Made by a program: the position numbers and the translations under genes
Notes under the pieces: generated by a model
What the model was told of the DNA's origin: nothing
The model's database searches: none
What the model saw: only the letters and a program-made list of their open reading frames with translations
In this document: piece by piece, positions 60,272 through 64,000 of the stretch
Layout: every line of letters begins with the position of its first letter
Position numbering within the stretch: the first letter of the stretch is position 1
Assembly: GCA_963815455.1 (NCBI GenBank)
Contig: CAWFGO010000001.1
Coordinates: 1,536,001 to 1,600,000, forward strand
Direction of reading: 5' to 3'
DNA: 64,000 nt
Source of the DNA: an uncultured Verrucomicrobiae bacterium
GTDB lineage: Bacteria > Verrucomicrobiota > Verrucomicrobiia > Chthoniobacterales > UBA10450

Positions 60272-63200
60272 GTGGATTCTGGTTTGAAGGTTCGAGCGGC
60301 AAGATATTCGTAAAGTTCGCGGCGCGTATTCACGTCGTGCTGAGCCTGGGCATGCAGTCGCATGGCGGCTTCGGGGCGCGTTTTTTCGAGCATCCGGAAG
60401 CGATTCTCCAGGCCGAAATAATCGGCCACCTTGATCCCGGCCGGCGCGGAATCGAGCTGGAGCGGGTTCTCGCCCCGCGCGGCGCGCTCGGGGTTGTAGC
60501 GATAGAGAAGCCACTGCGCCGATTTCACGGCGGCTTTTTGGTTTTGCATCGCGGTGGTCATGTTGATTCCGTGCGCGATGCAATGGCTGTAGGCAATGAT
60601 GAGCGCCGGTCCGTCGAAGGCTTCGGCTTCGAGAAATGCTTTCAGCGTGTGCTCGTCCTTTGCACCCATCGCCACCGAGGCCACGTAAATCGTCCCGTAG
60701 GTCATGGCCATCAGGCCAAGATCTTTCTTTGGGCCGCGTTTTCCGCCGGACGCGAACTTGGCTACCGCGGAGCGCGGCGTGGACTTCGAACACTGGCCGC
60801 CGGTGTTCGAGTAAACTTCGGTGTCGAGCAACAGCACCTTGACGTTGCGCCCGCTGGCCAGGACGTGATCGAGTCCGCCGTAACCGATGTCGTAGCCCCA
60901 GCCGTCCCCGCCGACGATCCAGACACTTTTCCGCACCAACAGGTCGGCCAGGGCGAGCAAGCGTTTCGCCCCGACGCCGCCTAGCGATGCCAGCCTGCGC
61001 TTCAGCTCGACCACGCGCTCACGCTGATCGAAGATGTCCGCGTCGTCGCGTTGCCGGGCATTCAAAATCTCCAGGGCAAGATGGCGCCCAACCTGAGGCG
61101 AGAGCTCATGGAGCAGTTCTCCGGCGAACTCCTGCTGCTTGTCGATCGAAACCCGGAACCCGAGACCGAATTCGGCGTTGTCTTCAAATAACGAATTCGA
61201 CCAGGCCGGCCCGCGCCCATCGCGATCCTGGGTGTAAGGCGTGGTCGGCAGATTGCCGCCGTAAATCGACGAGCAACCGGTCGCGTTCGCGATGATGAGC
61301 CGGTCGCCGAACAACTGGGTGAGCAACTTGATGTAGGGCGTTTCGCCGCAACCGGCGCATGCTCCCGAGAATTCGAACAGCGGCTGTTGCACCTGCATCG
61401 CCCGGACGTTCGCCGTCGAAACCTGCCGGCGATCCAGTTCCGGCAACGTCAGAAAGAAATTCCAGTTCGCCCGCTCCGTTTCCCGTAACGGAAACTGCGG
61501 CCGCATATTGATCGCTTTCAATCGCGCCTCGGATTTGTTGCGGGCCGGGCAGACATCCACGCAAATGCCGCAGCCGGTGCAATCTTCTGCTGCTACTTGA
61601 AGGGTGTAGCTCAGCTCTTTCCAATCCGGCAGGCGCGCGTTGGTCGACTTGAACGACGAAGGCGCGCCTTCCAGTTTCTCCGGCTGATACACTTTGCTGC
61701 GAATAACGGCGTGCGGACAGACCATCACGCACTTGCCGCACTGGATGCAGACCTGCGGATCCCACACCGGGATCTCCGCGGCGAGATTCCGCTTCTCCCA
61801 TTGGGTGGTGCCGGTGGGATAGGTGCCGTCGTTAGGCAAGGCGCTCACCGGCACGCGATCGCCACGCCCGGCCATGATTTCGCCCAGCACATTTTTCACG
61901 AACACCGGCGCATCGGCAAGGTGACCGTTGGGTTTTGCGCCATTGCCGCTCACGCGTTCTGCCACTTTCACTTCGATCAAATGGGCCAGCGTGTGATCGA
62001 CAGCCTTCAGATTCTTCTCCACCACTTCCTCGCCCTTTTTGCCATAGCTCTTTTGAATGGAGTCCTTGATCGCGGTGATCGCCTGTTCCCGAGGCAGCAC
62101 CCCGGCAATGGCAAAGAAGCAGGTCTGCATGACGGTGTTGATGCGACCGCCCATTCCGCACTCGTGCGCGACCTTGTTGGCGTCGATCACGAAGAAACGC
62201 GCCTTCTGCTCAATCAACCTGCGTTGCACATCTTCGGGAAGATGGGCCCAGACTTTCTCGCGATCGAAGGGCGTGTTGAGCAGGAACGTTCCGCCCTTGG
62301 CCAGGTCTCGCGAAACATCGCATGTTTGAAGAAGAAATGCCTGATGACAGGCAACGAAGTTCGCCTTGGTAATGAGGTAGGTGGAGCGAATCGGATGCGG
62401 TCCGAAGCGCAGATGCGAGATGGTCATCGCGCCCGCTTTCTTCGAGTCGTAAACAAAATATCCCTGGGCGAAGTTATCCGTGTTTTCGCCGATGATCTTG
62501 ATCGACTCCTTGTTGGCGCCCACCGTGCCGTCCGAGCCGAGGCCGAAGAATTCGGCGCGCACGACTTCGTCCGGTTCGATGGAGAATTCCGGATCGAATG
62601 CCAGACTCGTGTGCGAGAGATCGTCGTCGATCCCGATGGTGAAATGATTCTTCGGCGTCTTTCTCGCGAGATTGTCGAGGATCCCCTTGATCATCGCCGG
62701 TGTGAACTCCTTCGAGGAAAGCCCGTAGCGGCCGCCCACCACTCGCACGTCGCGTCGGTCCTGTTCGTAAAGCGCATTCACGCAATCGAGATAGAGCGGT
62801 TCGCCGCCCGCGCCCGGCTCCTTGGTGCGGTCGAGCACCGCGATGTTGCGCACCGTTGCGGGCAGCGTTTTCGCGAAAGCGGCTCCATCGAACGGCCGAT
62901 AAAGCCGCACCTTGAGAACGCCCACTTTTTCTTTCCGGGCGACAAGAAAATCGATCGTCTCATGCGCGGCTTCGCAGCCGGAGCCCATCAGGGCAATCAC
63001 GCGCTCGGCATCGGGCGCGCCGTGATACTCGAAGAGTCCATAACTGCGTCCGGTCAGCTCCGCGAACCGATCCATCGTCCGCTGCACGATCCCGGGGCAG
63101 GCGGCATAAACCGGGTTCACCGTTTCGCGCGCCTGAAAAAACACATCGGGATTTTGCGCCGTGCCGCGGATGACCGGGTGATCCGGCGAAAGGGCGCGGG

Positions 63201-63909
63201 CCCGATGCTCGAGGACGCGCGTTTCATCAATCATGGCCTGCAACACATCCTCCGGCACGATCTCGATTTTGGAGATTTCGTGCGAGGTGCGGAACCCATC
63301 GAAGAAATGGAGAAACGGGAGGCGCGATTCGAGGGTGGCGGCGTGCGCGATCACCGCAAGGTCCTGCGCTTCCTGCACCGACGCCGAGCAAAGCATGGCC
63401 CAGCCGGTTGCACGTGCGGCCATCACGTCGCTGTGATCGCCGAAAATGGAAAGGGCCTGCGCCGCGAGCGAACGCGCCGCGACGTGAAACACCGTCGGCG
63501 TCAGCTCGCCGGCGATCTTGTACATGTTCGGGATCATGAGCAGCAACCCCTGCGACGCGGTGAACGTGGTACTCAGTGCCCCGGTCTGAAGCGCACCGTG
63601 AATGGCCCCGGCCGCGCCGCCTTCGCTTTGCATTTCCACCACTTCCGGCACGGTATGCCAAAGATTCTTTACGCCGCTGGCCGACCAGGCATCAGCCCAT
63701 TCGCCCATCGGCGAAGCTGGGGTGATCGGATAAATGGCAATGACTTCATTGAGCGCGTAGGCAATCCGCGCCACGGCCTCGTTGGCGTCGAGTGTCCTAC
63801 AGCCGGTTCCTGTTTTACGACGACCGACCGTGCGGCCCCCGCCTCGAGAATTTGACCCCGTAGTCGAGATCGGCTCCGCTATCTCTTGTTCCTTTGCCTG
63901 TACCTTCAT
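60268..63909 (-). CDS. nifJ: Pyruvate:ferredoxin/flavodoxin oxidoreductase
   Basis: AIYPITP, MQSEGGAAG, GLGSDGTVGANK, two 4Fe-4S motifs (CIQCGKC..VCP, CTGCGIC..VCP), CAGCGE and GGDGW.YDIG. Confidence 0.97.
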   Translation of the reverse strand: MKVQAKEQEIAEPISTTGSNSRGGGRTVGRRKTGTGCRTLDANEAVARIAYALNEVIAIYPITPASPMGEWADAWSASGVKNLWHTVPEVVEMQSEGGAAGAIHGALQTGALSTTFTASQGLLLMIPNMYKIAGELTPTVFHVAARSLAAQALSIFGDHSDVMAARATGWAMLCSASVQEAQDLAVIAHAATLESRLPFLHFFDGFRTSHEISKIEIVPEDVLQAMIDETRVLEHRARALSPDHPVIRGTAQNPDVFFQARETVNPVYAACPGIVQRTMDRFAELTGRSYGLFEYHGAPDAERVIALMGSGCEAAHETIDFLVARKEKVGVLKVRLYRPFDGAAFAKTLPATVRNIAVLDRTKEPGAGGEPLYLDCVNALYEQDRRDVRVVGGRYGLSSKEFTPAMIKGILDNLARKTPKNHFTIGIDDDLSHTSLAFDPEFSIEPDEVVRAEFFGLGSDGTVGANKESIKIIGENTDNFAQGYFVYDSKKAGAMTISHLRFGPHPIRSTYLITKANFVACHQAFLLQTCDVSRDLAKGGTFLLNTPFDREKVWAHLPEDVQRRLIEQKARFFVIDANKVAHECGMGGRINTVMQTCFFAIAGVLPREQAITAIKDSIQKSYGKKGEEVVEKNLKAVDHTLAHLIEVKVAERVSGNGAKPNGHLADAPVFVKNVLGEIMAGRGDRVPVSALPNDGTYPTGTTQWEKRNLAAEIPVWDPQVCIQCGKCVMVCPHAVIRSKVYQPEKLEGAPSSFKSTNARLPDWKELSYTLQVAAEDCTGCGICVDVCPARNKSEARLKAINMRPQFPLRETERANWNFFLTLPELDRRQVSTANVRAMQVQQPLFEFSGACAGCGETPYIKLLTQLFGDRLIIANATGCSSIYGGNLPTTPYTQDRDGRGPAWSNSLFEDNAEFGLGFRVSIDKQQEFAGELLHELSPQVGRHLALEILNARQRDDADIFDQRERVVELKRRLASLGGVGAKRLLALADLLVRKSVWIVGGDGWGYDIGYGGLDHVLASGRNVKVLLLDTEVYSNTGGQCSKSTPRSAVAKFASGGKRGPKKDLGLMAMTYGTIYVASVAMGAKDEHTLKAFLEAEAFDGPALIIAYSHCIAHGINMTTAMQNQKAAVKSAQWLLYRYNPERAARGENPLQLDSAPAGIKVADYFGLENRFRMLEKTRPEAAMRLHAQAQHDVNTRRELYEYLAARTFKPEST

Positions 63910-64000
63910 GAGCGATTCTCCATTTGATCATGAGACTAGCCCTCCTGGCTCGAACGCGATGTACCGTCGTTGCGTTTTGCTGTGCAGTTATTGCGCACAG

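Noticed and set aside
61597..63855. 752-aa plus-strand ORF
   Set aside because: Antisense shadow of PFOR with no motifs; expected in GC-rich coding DNA.

Overview
Bacterial chromosomal window of moderately high GC. Gene content and N-terminal DGK-rich porin motifs suggest soil Verrucomicrobiota (Chthoniobacterales-like), but this is inference. There are three blocks. (1) ~1-28.5 kb is a stress/low-oxygen-type island: PEP synthase, tandem-domain universal stress proteins (2 intact, 1 remnant), 2 Hsp20, CBS, PRTase, erythromycin esterase, dienelactone hydrolase, DUF2267, host-attachment-like protein, MgtA, a P1B-4 ATPase and YbdK. It also holds a 486-aa protein that looks like an archaeo-eukaryotic primase (AEP) catalytic domain fused to a PriL-like 4-Cys domain. 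A recurring upstream motif precedes seven minus-strand genes across the window. (2) 28.4-45 kb is a 15-gene co-directional respiratory cluster: MtrA/DmsE-like multiheme lipoprotein, MtrB/PioB porin, two monoheme cytochromes, ImcH/NapC-like heptaheme, system II cytochrome c maturation, Rieske/cytochrome b with a nonaheme subunit, a B-family (ba3-type) oxidase with a cytochrome-c-fused subunit II and an unannotated subunit IIa, and SCO. It appears to encode a full path between the cell exterior, the quinone pool and O2. (3) 45-64 kb holds a HAF-repeat protein, a TPP decarboxylase, CusCBA, an M28 peptidase, a four-helix-bundle gene bracketed by 9-bp-period inverted repeats, a DHODH-like protein and PFOR. 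Many single-base frameshifts are probably long-read assembly errors. No rRNA, tRNA, CRISPR array or transposase was seen.
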